A stretch of DNA of 64,000 bases, from contig CAWIGG010000006.1 in assembly GCA_963835575.1 (NCBI GenBank), positions 160,001-224,000 on the forward strand. The letters are read 5' to 3'. Positions 1 to 8,905 of this stretch are shown here, one piece after another. The notes below the pieces were generated by a model. That model was given only the letters and a program-made list of their open reading frames with translations. It did not search any database and had not been told where the DNA came from. How positions within the stretch are numbered: position 1 is the first letter of the stretch; each line of letters starts with the position of its first letter. A program made the translations under genes and the position numbers. This stretch comes from an uncultured Spirochaetota bacterium. GTDB taxonomy: Bacteria; Spirochaetota; Brevinematia; Brevinematales; JAOACQ01.

Positions 1-595
1 GTGATCAACACGAAAGATGACAAGATAACCGCGACAATTCCTCTCGCCGGAAAACCCGAATTTTCGGCATCCGATGAAAATGGGTCCGTTTATGTCAATA
101 TTGAAGACAAAAATTCGGTATCTGTCATTGACACAAAAACTCTGAGGGTGATAAAAAACTACCCCTTGACGCCGGGTGAAGAACCGACCGGCATTGCCGT
201 CGATAATGAAAACCACCGTCTGTTCGTCAGCTGCAATAATAAACTCATGGTCATCATGAACACGCAAAACGGAAAGATCATTACAGCTTTACCGATCGGC
301 GGGCATGTTGACGGGGCCGCATTCGACCCCGGTTTGAAATTGGCCTTTGCATCCAGCGGGGACGGCACTTTAACGGTCATTCAGGAGTTGAGTAAAGATA
401 TTTTTAAAGTTCCTTGACAACGCGGCGACCCGGAAAGGCGCCAGGACCATCGCGATCGATACAAATACGCACCATCTATTTCTGCCGACGGCCGAATTCG
501 GCCCGGCCCCAAAACCGACCGCCGAAAATCCAAGGCCGAGGCCGGTCATCAAGCCCGGAAGCTTTGTCATATTAGACATGGCTCCTGTAAATTAA
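1..595 (+). CDS. YncE/YVTN-type beta-propeller protein, 5'-partial, single-base frameshift near 410
   Basis: ORF 1..417 has propeller repeats (PTGIAVD, VDGAAFDP). The typical C-terminus (ATRKGARTIAID...FGPAP...PGSFVIL) continues in another frame to TAA at 593-595. Confidence 0.75.
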
Positions 596-604
596 TCCGG
601 ATAA

Positions 605-1048
605 TTAAAAAAGAGAAACTATAACAGCCCAGGCGGCCCCCCAGATGACGCCGCTTATGACTTCAGCTATTGAATGCCCCTTGAATTGAGGGATTTTATC
701 CCGGATAGGTTGATGAAGCTCTGACATGAGCTGTCGAGTGAGATTGAGATTGATTTCTATTACTCTCCGCATTTTCATGTTGTCATAGACAAAAATCCCG
801 GCTAAAACGGCTGACAGGGCGAAAAGAGGGGTATTCCAGCCATCGTTTAATCCGATTGCCGCCGTCACAGCGACGATAAACGCGGTATGGGCCGACGGAA
901 AACCGCCATAATCTGCGATTTTTCTTATATCCGGGGGTTTTTTATTGAAAACGGGTAAAAAAACTTTAATGATCTGCGAACTCACTTGCGCGATTATCGC
1001 CGCTAAAAAAGGCTTGGATGCCAGCACTTCCCAGATTTTTATATTCAT
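605..1048 (-). CDS. Divergent PAP2 / DUF212 family membrane protein
   Basis: GGFPSAHTA and GHSIAEV motifs, hydrophobic segments. Confidence 0.85.
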   Translation of the reverse strand: MNIKIWEVLASKPFLAAIIAQVSSQIIKVFLPVFNKKPPDIRKIADYGGFPSAHTAFIVAVTAAIGLNDGWNTPLFALSAVLAGIFVYDNMKMRRVIEINLNLTRQLMSELHQPIRDKIPQFKGHSIAEVISGVIWGAAWAVIVSLF

Positions 1049-1093
1049 ATGTTCTCCTGTATTGTGACGTTAAAGCCTGAAAAACTATACTGT

Positions 1094-2377
1094 TTAATGA
1101 GCTGTCCCAGATAAATCATAAGGCCCATTATAAATTTCATAGATATTAGAATTTCCTTTTGCGCCTTTATTGATCAGCAGGTGAATTATAGAGTCGTCAT
1201 AACCTTTTATTACGGCCATATCCAGCGGTCTGATTCCGCCATTGAATTTATATCCGGAGTCAATTACAGCCAAAGAAAACTCTTTAGTCATTCTATTTAA
1301 ATTTTTAGATTTGTTAATTATCTTTTTTATTAATTCATTATCCAGTTTATGATACAAAGCCCAATGAAGAATGGTCCATCCTTCAGGACGCTCAATATCA
1401 AAACTTGCTGTTTTATCAATTAAAAAAGCTATGTTATTTGACTTAATGCCGCAATACATCAGGTCCAAAGGACTTTCTGAAGTTCCAAACCTTTTAAATA
1501 AATAATATAATAAAATTTCTCCAAAAAGATTGTTTTCTTGAGGGTTAAGAATATTGTCTTTATATATATCATAAAATAAATAGACAGGCTGCATTGTTTT
1601 AAAAGCGCATAAAAAATAGAAATTATTGGTATAAAATGATTCGCTCTTTAAAACCGGGGCCGGCATATTAGTGAGCATAATATTATAGATTGTGTTTATT
1701 TTATTCTCATCGGATTGAAGGCCTTCGACGGCATAATGTCTGGTCATTGAATAAAAGAATGTTTCCTTATTATTAAAAGATAATAATGCAAATAATTTAT
1801 AAAAATTCACCTCGTCTAAAGACAATAAAGTATCCATTGAAATTGCATCATTTGAAATCATATAATCCAAGAAATTTGTGTAATTGAAATTGATTGAATC
1901 AATTAAATAACTGTTTGTATGATAGTCATACCCTAATTCGTTTATTAAATAAATGTATATGGAAAAATATTTTCCGTTAAAATAAGAAGAAATCCTATTA
2001 TCGTATAAATTAAATGCCAGATAAAAATTTGCGCCTCTTTCTACCAGATACTTATATGTTTCCTTGTTTTCATTTGTGAAAGCGACAAAAAGCGGATAAT
2101 ATCCATTTGTGTCAGGCAAATTGACATTGCCTCCATTTGTAAATAAAAATTCAATAATGTTTAAATTGTTTTTTTGCAGCGATAATGCAAATGGCGAGCA
2201 ATATTGCTTATATGGAATATCATTTATTATCTTATACTTCTCTTTCATGGAAAACCCGGATAAATAATTAGTTGTATTATTATAATCATTCTTCTGTATA
2301 TAATTCATTAAGTCAGAAGATTTATTACAGCTTGAAAATAAAATAAAAATCAGAACAACCCGGATTTTTATATTCAT
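1094..2377 (-). CDS. Ankyrin-repeat putative lipoprotein
   Basis: Signal peptide ending LFSSC from ATG 2377 (AGGAG upstream); ankyrin-like units (NGYYPLFVA, EGWTILHWAL, RPLDMAV...LLINKGA); very AT-rich. Confidence 0.7.
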   Translation of the reverse strand: MNIKIRVVLIFILFSSCNKSSDLMNYIQKNDYNNTTNYLSGFSMKEKYKIINDIPYKQYCSPFALSLQKNNLNIIEFLFTNGGNVNLPDTNGYYPLFVAFTNENKETYKYLVERGANFYLAFNLYDNRISSYFNGKYFSIYIYLINELGYDYHTNSYLIDSINFNYTNFLDYMISNDAISMDTLLSLDEVNFYKLFALLSFNNKETFFYSMTRHYAVEGLQSDENKINTIYNIMLTNMPAPVLKSESFYTNNFYFLCAFKTMQPVYLFYDIYKDNILNPQENNLFGEILLYYLFKRFGTSESPLDLMYCGIKSNNIAFLIDKTASFDIERPEGWTILHWALYHKLDNELIKKIINKSKNLNRMTKEFSLAVIDSGYKFNGGIRPLDMAVIKGYDDSIIHLLINKGAKGNSNIYEIYNGPYDLSGTAH

Positions 2378-2429
2378 ATGAACTCCTTTATTTTGAATTT
2401 CAAGTATTAATAACCAATTTTCGCTTAGC

Positions 2430-2536
2430 AAAGCATGCGAAGTTCAGCCAAAACTTGATTCAATTAACACATCGCTTGCAGAGCGTGTAGAATCGCAGTT
2501 AGCGGTGACTAACACAGCATAAAGCAGCTGTTAAGC
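2430..2536 (-). repeat. Degenerate attC-like site (left arm intact, right arm eroded)
   Basis: Directly after the hydrolase stop codon, the minus strand reads GCTTAAC AGCTGCTTTATGCTG, like the GTCTAAC AGCGGCTAAAACGCTG arm of the 8851-10634 attC. No intact GTTRRRY partner. Confidence 0.45.
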
Positions 2537-2544
2537 ACCGTTAC

Positions 2545-3375
2545 TTATTTTTCTGAATCTATCACTCTTTCCAGCCAGTCTTTTGTCAGGCAGTTAAATA
2601 ATTCCGGCTGTTCTATCTCAAGATTATGACCGGCTTTATCAAGAACAACAAAGGATGCTCTCGGATAATTCTCCAGGAAATCCCATGAATCAATATACCC
2701 CACGACAGAGTCCTGTTTTCCCATGATTATTAAAACCGGTTTATCTAATGGCTGTCCCAGGCGATCAACATCAAAAGTATAAGCCGCTTTTTTCCCCCAA
2801 TGATTGTTAATAAAGGTATTATCCGCGATTCTCAGTCCGGGCAATACTGATTCTTTATATCTCATCCATACTTTTTTTGTCTGGATAACCGAATTAATTG
2901 ATTCAAAATATGATCTTTCTTCATCAGACAGAATCTCACTGAGAGAATCGTCTTTTTCTAAAACGCTGAATACAGGTGCGTTTTTATATTGTGTTTCATG
3001 CCTGGCCAATGGGCAGACAAGAAGTAACCCTTTAACCATACGCTGTTTTTTCTGCACGATGCCTCTTGCCAGATACCCTCCATATGATTTTCCGGCTATA
3101 AGGAAAGGCTGATCCGGAATGACCCCTTCAATAAAATCAATTACCAGCTCCAGCATTCTATCTGCGTTTGACAGCCATTCATTTCCTTTCGTTTTTCCCA
3201 TTCCCGGCAGATCAAAATAAATCCTTCTGAAAATTCCATCATATCCTGTAAACAGCGGTTCCATGCACTCTTTCAGGGACCGGTGATCCAGGCCCCATCC
3301 ATGAATCATAATTATTGGCAAACCGGAACCGATAGATTCATAATAAATATTCATTCCATGCGATTGATATTCCAT
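2545..3375 (-). CDS. Alpha/beta fold hydrolase
   Basis: HGWG, FDLPGMG, GKSYGG nucleophile, AGHNL motifs; ATG 3375. Confidence 0.9.
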   Translation of the reverse strand: MEYQSHGMNIYYESIGSGLPIIMIHGWGLDHRSLKECMEPLFTGYDGIFRRIYFDLPGMGKTKGNEWLSNADRMLELVIDFIEGVIPDQPFLIAGKSYGGYLARGIVQKKQRMVKGLLLVCPLARHETQYKNAPVFSVLEKDDSLSEILSDEERSYFESINSVIQTKKVWMRYKESVLPGLRIADNTFINNHWGKKAAYTFDVDRLGQPLDKPVLIIMGKQDSVVGYIDSWDFLENYPRASFVVLDKAGHNLEIEQPELFNCLTKDWLERVIDSEK

Positions 3376-3494
3376 AAATTCCCCTCTTTGAAATAATTTA
3401 AAACTTCCGGCGTCAAACGGCTGCGGCAAAACGGCGTTTACCGTCCCGTCAGGAAGCCGGGTATTGTGTCATTACATCCATATCTAAATAATAA

Positions 3495-4433
3495 CTACTG
3501 CATTTCAAATACTTTTCTTATTGCAGGGACAGGAAGGCCGGACTTTTCAACCAAAACCTCAAGTTCTTTGGCAAGGCAATTCATTTCATCCGGCGCCTGA
3601 GATACATGATATGCCAATCCAACTTCACCTAATTTTGAAGAAAGTAAAGCCCGGAATCCCGTGGCTATAATAAAACGTGGAAGAAATTTAATTATGTTTT
3701 GGCTTTTTGGAACTATTCGATATCCAAGAGCTTGAAGAACTTTAAATGATTCACGCATCGCATCTACAAAAAGATTGAGGTCTTGAGTACTTTTGGCTAA
3801 AGTTTTAATATCAAGTCCATACTTTATTGTAAGTTTGGCAATGAGCGGAACGCCCACGGCATGTGTGGCAAGAAAATCTAAAATACAATTTGAGGCTTTC
3901 GCTTTGAAACCTCCTTTACGTATGATATTTATAAGCCGGGTAAGTCTTGGTGTTATAGTCCCATTTATCTCGCCAAACGGCACTGCGATTGATGTAGATA
4001 TCATGGCTTTTATGACACTACCTTCTCTTTTACCTGCTCCAAAAACAAAGCCCATCAAAACACGTTCTTGACCCAATGCTTTAGTATATTCATCCGGTCC
4101 TGCGAGGTTATTTATCATAAAAACTATGTTTGGAGATTTATTTTCAGCTAAAATCGGTAATAATTCTGATACTTGGTTCTTCCGTATGACAACAAAGATA
4201 TAGTCATAAATGTCTTCTGAGTTCAGTTTGTTGATAACGGGCACTTTAGTAACACTACGCTTTTTGTTAAATGGATTTTCAATAATGATTCCATCTTCAC
4301 GGATTTCATCGAAACGCTTTCCTCTTGCAAGTATGGTGACATTTATTCCACCTTTATACAGAACAGAAGCACATGCTGATCCATTCACACCAGCGCCTAT
4401 AACAAGTATTCTTGCATTATCGGTTCTCATCAT
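3495..4433 (-). CDS. Ketopantoate reductase (ApbA/PanE) family protein
   Basis: N-terminal ILVIGAGVNG Rossmann motif, LARGKR, ApbA-like length. Confidence 0.75.
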   Translation of the reverse strand: MMRTDNARILVIGAGVNGSACASVLYKGGINVTILARGKRFDEIREDGIIIENPFNKKRSVTKVPVINKLNSEDIYDYIFVVIRKNQVSELLPILAENKSPNIVFMINNLAGPDEYTKALGQERVLMGFVFGAGKREGSVIKAMISTSIAVPFGEINGTITPRLTRLINIIRKGGFKAKASNCILDFLATHAVGVPLIAKLTIKYGLDIKTLAKSTQDLNLFVDAMRESFKVLQALGYRIVPKSQNIIKFLPRFIIATGFRALLSSKLGEVGLAYHVSQAPDEMNCLAKELEVLVEKSGLPVPAIRKVFEMQ

Positions 4434-4622
4434 AATGCTCCCTGCAAATTTATTTTTAATATTTAAAATAAAATTATACACCCTTTGAAGCATAAAAATC
4501 CAAAATTATAAAATTATTCTTAATTTTTGAGCCTTTACAGTTTATGTACTCTGATTCACAGTCTGGATCAGTACTCATCCTGGTCCCCGCACAATTTTTT
4601 TATTTTATTATTTTTCTTCATC

Positions 4623-4893
4623 ATCGTCCCCCGGCGGTTTTTTCCTGCCTAGGCCGGAGTTTATTTTTCATTTTCAAATCCTCCTTGCCTTTACCAGCCG
4701 GCACGGATGCCGGCGTTTGAGGGCCTCATTGTCGCTTTTCCCTTGAACTCCAAAAATTTCCGGTTTACCCCAGTGCGATGGCAACTACCCGGAAATTTTT
4801 GGAGTGATTCTAACTTCCGCCAGCAGGATGCCAGTTTGGCCCGATTAGAAAAAATGAAAGATAAACTCCGGCCCCTGCTCTACCGGGGGACAA
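4623..4893. mobile_element. MITE-like element, ~270 bp, with ~50-bp imperfect terminal inverted repeats and an internal 17-bp perfect inverted repeat
   Basis: GTCCCCCGG...GGCCGGAGTTTATTTTTCATTTT pairs with AAAATGAAAGATAAACTCCGGCC...CCGGGGGAC; internal ACTCCAAAAATTTCCGG at 4747-4763 and 4789-4805. Confidence 0.55.
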
Positions 4894-4902
4894 TCCTGCT
4901 GC

Positions 4903-4923
4903 CGATGCGGCGTAGCCGCATCG
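4903..4923 (-). terminator. Hairpin downstream of nth (putative terminator)
   Basis: CGATGCGGC-GTA-GCCGCATCG perfect 9-bp stem just after the nth stop; no strong U-tract. Confidence 0.45.
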
Positions 4924-4929
4924 TGCCCT

Positions 4930-5598
4930 TCACCTGTGCTTCGTCACCCCGATCTTCGGGCAGTATGTTTCAACAGGGCATTCGGAGCAAAGCGGCGATA
5001 CCGGCCTGCAGATCGTCTGGCCGAAGGCGACAAGGATGTCGTTATACTCGATCCACCATTCCAGGGGCAGTTTTTCACGCAGTCTGAATTCAGTTTCATC
5101 CGGCCATTTCGTTTTGACATAACCCCAGCGGTTTGATATCCGGTGTACATGCGTGTCCACGCATATCCCCGGCTTATTATAGCCCAGGGTGATGACAAGG
5201 TTCGCCGTTTTCCTGCCGACGCCGGGAAGTTTGAGAAGCTCGTCCAGATCGTCCGGCACTTTTGAATGGTACTCTCCGATGAGTATCCTCGATATCTGAA
5301 TGATCCTCGCCGCTTTCACTTTATAGAAACCGACGGGATAAATAAGTTTTTTTATTTTTTCTTCCGGAAGCAGGATCATTTCCTGCGGAGTTTTTGCCTC
5401 ATCGAAAAGTCTTCTGACAGCTCCGGCCGTCGTCTCATCCTTAGTCCGGAGGCTTAACAGAGTTGAAATCAGGATTTTATAAGGCGTCCCCCGGGAATTT
5501 TTAACATATGTGACGATGGGAGCATGCCATGAAGGGTACTCCTTTTTTAAAATGGAAAGCATTTCCGTTACAGTATCTGTTGAAGTCATGCCGCGCAT
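4930..5598 (-). CDS. nth: Endonuclease III
   Basis: HhH motif [18 protein letters not shown]-terminal C-x6-C-x2-C-x5-C 4Fe-4S motif. Confidence 0.95.
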   Translation of the reverse strand: MRGMTSTDTVTEMLSILKKEYPSWHAPIVTYVKNSRGTPYKILISTLLSLRTKDETTAGAVRRLFDEAKTPQEMILLPEEKIKKLIYPVGFYKVKAARIIQISRILIGEYHSKVPDDLDELLKLPGVGRKTANLVITLGYNKPGICVDTHVHRISNRWGYVKTKWPDETEFRLREKLPLEWWIEYNDILVAFGQTICRPVSPLCSECPVETYCPKIGVTKHR

Positions 5599-5607
5599 AA
5601 ATTTTTC

Positions 5608-6048
5608 CTAGAGTCCATGAATGATTCTATTGAACGAGTCGATTTGATGTTCTTCCATCACCCTCTTGACCACATAACGGGTGTAATCCCCTTCAAGATC
5701 AATCTGGAGCGGGTGTTTGGCAAGCTTGTCAAATCCCCTTTCCTTTGTATTTGGTGAAAGGAATATATTGACAATCGGACGCAGTGTGAAGGGGCTGAGC
5801 CTGTGCCCGACAACATAAGCGATTTCGCCCGTGTTCAGAATGACGAATGAATTGACGGGATAGATCGGCTCTTCATTGATCTTTTTGGCCATGTCCCTTA
5901 AAAATACCTGGGCGACGGAGGGATTGAATTTTTTGCCGGAGTTTTCCATAAAGAATGTAAAGGAATCATGGAACGGGATCGGTTCTTTATAAGGCCTTCT
6001 GGAAGTCATGGCGTCAAACACATCGGCTATGGAGATGATCTGAGAAAA
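5608..6048 (-). pseudogene. C-terminal fragment of an HD-GYP domain protein, 5' part deleted
   Basis: SQIISIADVFDAMTSRRPYK motif; upstream of ~6048 the sequence is the antisense of an IS1182 transposase fragment. Confidence 0.85.
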
Positions 6049-6850
6049 AAGGACAATACACGATCGACGATTTTTATTATAATTCCGAAAGCGATGTTTA
6101 TATATGTAAAAATAATGAAGAACTGAGGTTTCGGTATAACTACAAAATGAAAAACATAACTTACGCGAAATATATATGCCGGTATTCGGTATGCCGTAAT
6201 TGCCCGTACCGCGGAGATTGCCTGAAAAACGATAAAACAAAATACAGGACGCTGCAGAAACCGCTGAATGCCGACAACCGTCATTACTCGGACGAGATGA
6301 AGAAATTTATAGATACCCCGGAGGGCATAAAACTTTACGGGCGAAGGATGGCGATAGTTGAGCCGGTGTTCGGTAATATCCGGTCATGCAAAGGCTTGAA
6401 CAGATTTACACTGAGAGGCAAAGAGAAATGCAATATACAATGGGTGTTATATAAGGGCAGTTCCAAAAACTAAAAAATTTATCAGATATTTCCACAACAG
6501 GTTTTGGAACTGCCCCGGTTAAAAAATTCCCTGTAAATGCAAATGGCGCTACCGTATAGAGTTCGCTGGTCGGCTTTCTTTTAAGACAGCGAACTCGAGC
6601 GGTAGCATGAATTCATACAATAGTGGCAGTTCTAAATATTTGAGTTTTTAGAACTGCCCATAATATTGTGCATAATATGGGAAAAATTCATGTGTTTGGA
6701 GGGATATGATGCCGTAAAGCAGCCGTAGCGTCGGAATTGTCGGCTGAATGAGGCTGATTCAATCAAAATAGATACGGTTTGACCGGAAAATATTTTCCCG
6801 ATTGAACAACAGGGGAATCAACATTTGAAAATGACTTTTTCTACAAACAC
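6045..6850 (+). mobile_element. IS1182-family remnant (3' part of transposase plus right TIR) abutting an attC R'' box
   Basis: Frame reads YTIDDFYYNSESDVYIC...RRMAIVEPVFGNIRSCKG...QWVLY|NIVHNMGKI* (stop 6709), split by a MITE. Right end CTTTTTCTACAAACAC resembles the TIR at 10612-10627 and is followed by GTTAAAT. Confidence 0.9.
6455..6659. mobile_element. 205-bp MITE with GGGCAGTTC(C/T)AAAAACT TIRs and 4-bp TSD ATAA
   Basis: Removing it restores the transposase codons TTA TAT AAT ATT GTG; second copy at 29231-29434. Confidence 0.9.
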
Positions 6851-6857
6851 GTTAAAT
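6851..6857 (-). other. attC R'' box (ATTTAAC) closing the mazEF cassette; rest of this attC lost
   Basis: TGCATTTAAC on the minus strand is complementary to the cassette start GTTAAATGCA at 8857-8848. Confidence 0.75.
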
Positions 6858-6873
6858 GCAGTTGACCCCGCCT

Positions 6874-7221
6874 TTAATTGATTAATAAATTAATTTTTTC
6901 AATAACTTCTTCAAATAAATCATCAGATGCTTTAGTAATAAATTTAGCTTCCCTTGAAATCCAGTCTAAACTTTTGATTTGATCTGATAAGATTACACCA
7001 TCAATTTTACCTTTTATATTTATTCTAACTTCAAATGGATAATCTTTTATCTTTGATGTGATTGGGCAGAATAAAGCTAGTCCAACTTTTTCATTGTATT
7101 CTTTTGGAGATATTACAATGGCTGGTCTATGACCCGATTGTTCATGTCCACTTTGAGGGGTAAATAATAACCAAACGATATCACCCCTTGATGGTATATA
7201 ACTACCAGGCTTCTTTTCCAA
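6874..7221 (-). CDS. mazF: MazF/PemK family endoribonuclease toxin
   Basis: YIPSRGDIVW...PQSGHEQSGHRPAIVISP...CPITSK...DQIKSLDW; probable TTG start at 7221 after AGGAG. Confidence 0.95.
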   Translation of the reverse strand: MEKKPGSYIPSRGDIVWLLFTPQSGHEQSGHRPAIVISPKEYNEKVGLALFCPITSKIKDYPFEVRINIKGKIDGVILSDQIKSLDWISREAKFITKASDDLFEEVIEKINLLIN

Positions 7222-7441
7222 TTTGATCTCCTGTATTAACTTCATCATGAATATTAGTATCATTAATTTTGGATAATATCTCCTTTAGTTTTAGACTATG
7301 CTTCTTTGGAATAATAATGATTTTATTATCCTCTTTGATTAAATCGACATGAGATCCTTTTTTAAGATTAATATCTTTTGCATAATTAATAGGAATTCTT
7401 AAAGCTAAACTATTTCCCCATTTTTGAATAGAAACTTCCAT
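7202..7441 (-). CDS. mazE: MazE/AbrB family antitoxin
   Basis: IQKWGNSLALRIP motif, ends GKEAW, GGAGG RBS, overlaps the toxin gene. Confidence 0.95.
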   Translation of the reverse strand: MEVSIQKWGNSLALRIPINYAKDINLKKGSHVDLIKEDNKIIIIPKKHSLKLKEILSKINDTNIHDEVNTGDQIGKEAW

Positions 7442-7465
7442 AAAAACCTCCATGTATCTACATAG

Positions 7466-7494
7466 AGTATACATTATTTGTTAATCAAAGTCAA
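7466..7494 (-). promoter_or_regulatory. Sigma70 promoter of the mazEF cassette
   Basis: TTGACT-N17-TATACT; the -10 overlaps ATGTATAC/GATACAT palindromic half-sites consistent with an autoregulatory operator. Confidence 0.8.
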
Positions 7495-7503
7495 TACAAG
7501 CGG

Positions 7504-8838
7504 TCCGACTTCAAGACATAGGTTACACTTTAGCTTCAGGACATCGGTAACCCTTTTTGAGTACAAAATGCCCTTGAATTACTATTTCAGTATAGACCTA
7601 AATATAAAAGTATTCAAGTCCATACTACCTATCAGATTATTTTCAAACCACACATCCATAAAAGCTTTGCTTTTACTTTTTAAACCAATATGATAACCAT
7701 CCAACGCATTTGTAATAAATACACGCCGACCTTTATAATAAATGTAACCTCTGTTATTAACCTTTCTGCTGATGTATCCCTTGGGATATACAACCCAATC
7801 GGCTATCCCATCATAACTCCTAACCGATTTTATATAGACCATTGCTGGTGTTTTCATTCCAAGGCTTTCATGCGGTCTTTCCTCGTTGAACTCTTTTCTC
7901 CATTCGTTGAATACTGCCTGGTGCAGCTTCAGGCTACCGCTGATTTTGTTTTCCAGTTCCTTTTTCATATCCAGGTGCATCCTTTCATGTGCTCCGTTCT
8001 GATAGGGAGAGCCGGGATCAATTCTGTCCAGCTTTATGCCCAGAGACAACCACCATGCTGATAGTCTGGTTAAACCAAGTAAACCCTGTGTACTGGCAAA
8101 CGGCGGCCCATTATCGGATTTTATCATACTCGGTAATCCATATTGCTTGAAGAGTCTGTCAAATTCAAATTTGACGGAACTAATATCACCTTTTTGCAGT
8201 ATGGCTATGGATAAAATATATTTGGAATAATCATCACGTACTGTAAGTGGTTCGCATCTTTCCTGCTCGGAGGTATACCACCAGCCTTTGAAATCCACTG
8301 TCCAGATATCATTTGGTTTTTTCGGTGCTACCCTGTTCTGTATTCTTTCCGGATGTATGTGTCGTCTTCTTTTCCTTAATTCTACAAATCCGGCCTTTTT
8401 CAATATCCTTTCGACAGTGCTTAATGAAGGAATTTTATTATCCGGGTGGTTCCTGACATAAACCGACCTGATTTTCTTAGGTCCCCAATTCTGCTTCGTT
8501 TGCTTGATACGGATGATCTCGCAGATTATTTCTTCAGAAAGTTGATTAGGGCTTGAAAGCGGTTTCCTAGATTTTTCTTGAAGACCGGACAACCCTTCTT
8601 CATAAAACCTTTCTTTCCACTTATAACCGGTTTTTGTGCTGATCCCATATTCAGTACAAAGCTCGGTAAAGTTCACACCTTTTTGGAATGACTTTTCAAT
8701 AAAAGCTAATTTCAGCTTCATGATATTAACCTCCTTCCAGGGCATTGTCAGCCTCCTTAATGAGATCTGACCTAATTATACCTGGAAAGTGTTACCTATG
8801 TCCTGAAGCTTTTCCGTTACCTATGTCCTGATTTCACA
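7504..8838 (-). mobile_element. IS481-family insertion sequence
   Basis: Ends TGTGAAATCAGGACATAGGTAAC and TCCGACTTCAAGACATAGGTTAC with internally repeated binding sites; flanking direct repeat AGCGG (7499-7503, 8839-8843). Confidence 0.9.
7582..8745 (-). CDS. IS481-family transposase
   Basis: MPWKE start, HTH, WTVDFKG, SDNGPPF, NGAHERMH DDE motifs. Confidence 0.95.
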   Translation of the reverse strand: MPWKEVNIMKLKLAFIEKSFQKGVNFTELCTEYGISTKTGYKWKERFYEEGLSGLQEKSRKPLSSPNQLSEEIICEIIRIKQTKQNWGPKKIRSVYVRNHPDNKIPSLSTVERILKKAGFVELRKRRRHIHPERIQNRVAPKKPNDIWTVDFKGWWYTSEQERCEPLTVRDDYSKYILSIAILQKGDISSVKFEFDRLFKQYGLPSMIKSDNGPPFASTQGLLGLTRLSAWWLSLGIKLDRIDPGSPYQNGAHERMHLDMKKELENKISGSLKLHQAVFNEWRKEFNEERPHESLGMKTPAMVYIKSVRSYDGIADWVVYPKGYISRKVNNRGYIYYKGRRVFITNALDGYHIGLKSKSKAFMDVWFENNLIGSMDLNTFIFRSILK

Positions 8839-8850
8839 AGCGGCAATTGC

Positions 8851-8905
8851 ATTTAACGGTGCGGCTATACGACGTTTTGCGGCCCGCAGCGTTTTAGCCG
8901 CTGTT
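8851..8905 (-). other. attC site (59 bp when rejoined with 10631-10634), interrupted at R'' by IS1182
   Basis: Reconstituted minus strand: GTCTAAC AGCGGCTAAAACGCTGCGGGCCGCAAAACGTCGTATAGCCGCACC GTTAAAT, i.e. RYYYAAC...GTTRRRY with GCGGCTA/TAGCCGC and TGCGG/CCGCA stems. Confidence 0.85.

Noticed and set aside
6049..6240. N-terminus of ORF 5608..6240 as real protein
   Set aside because: It is the antisense of the IS1182 transposase fragment.
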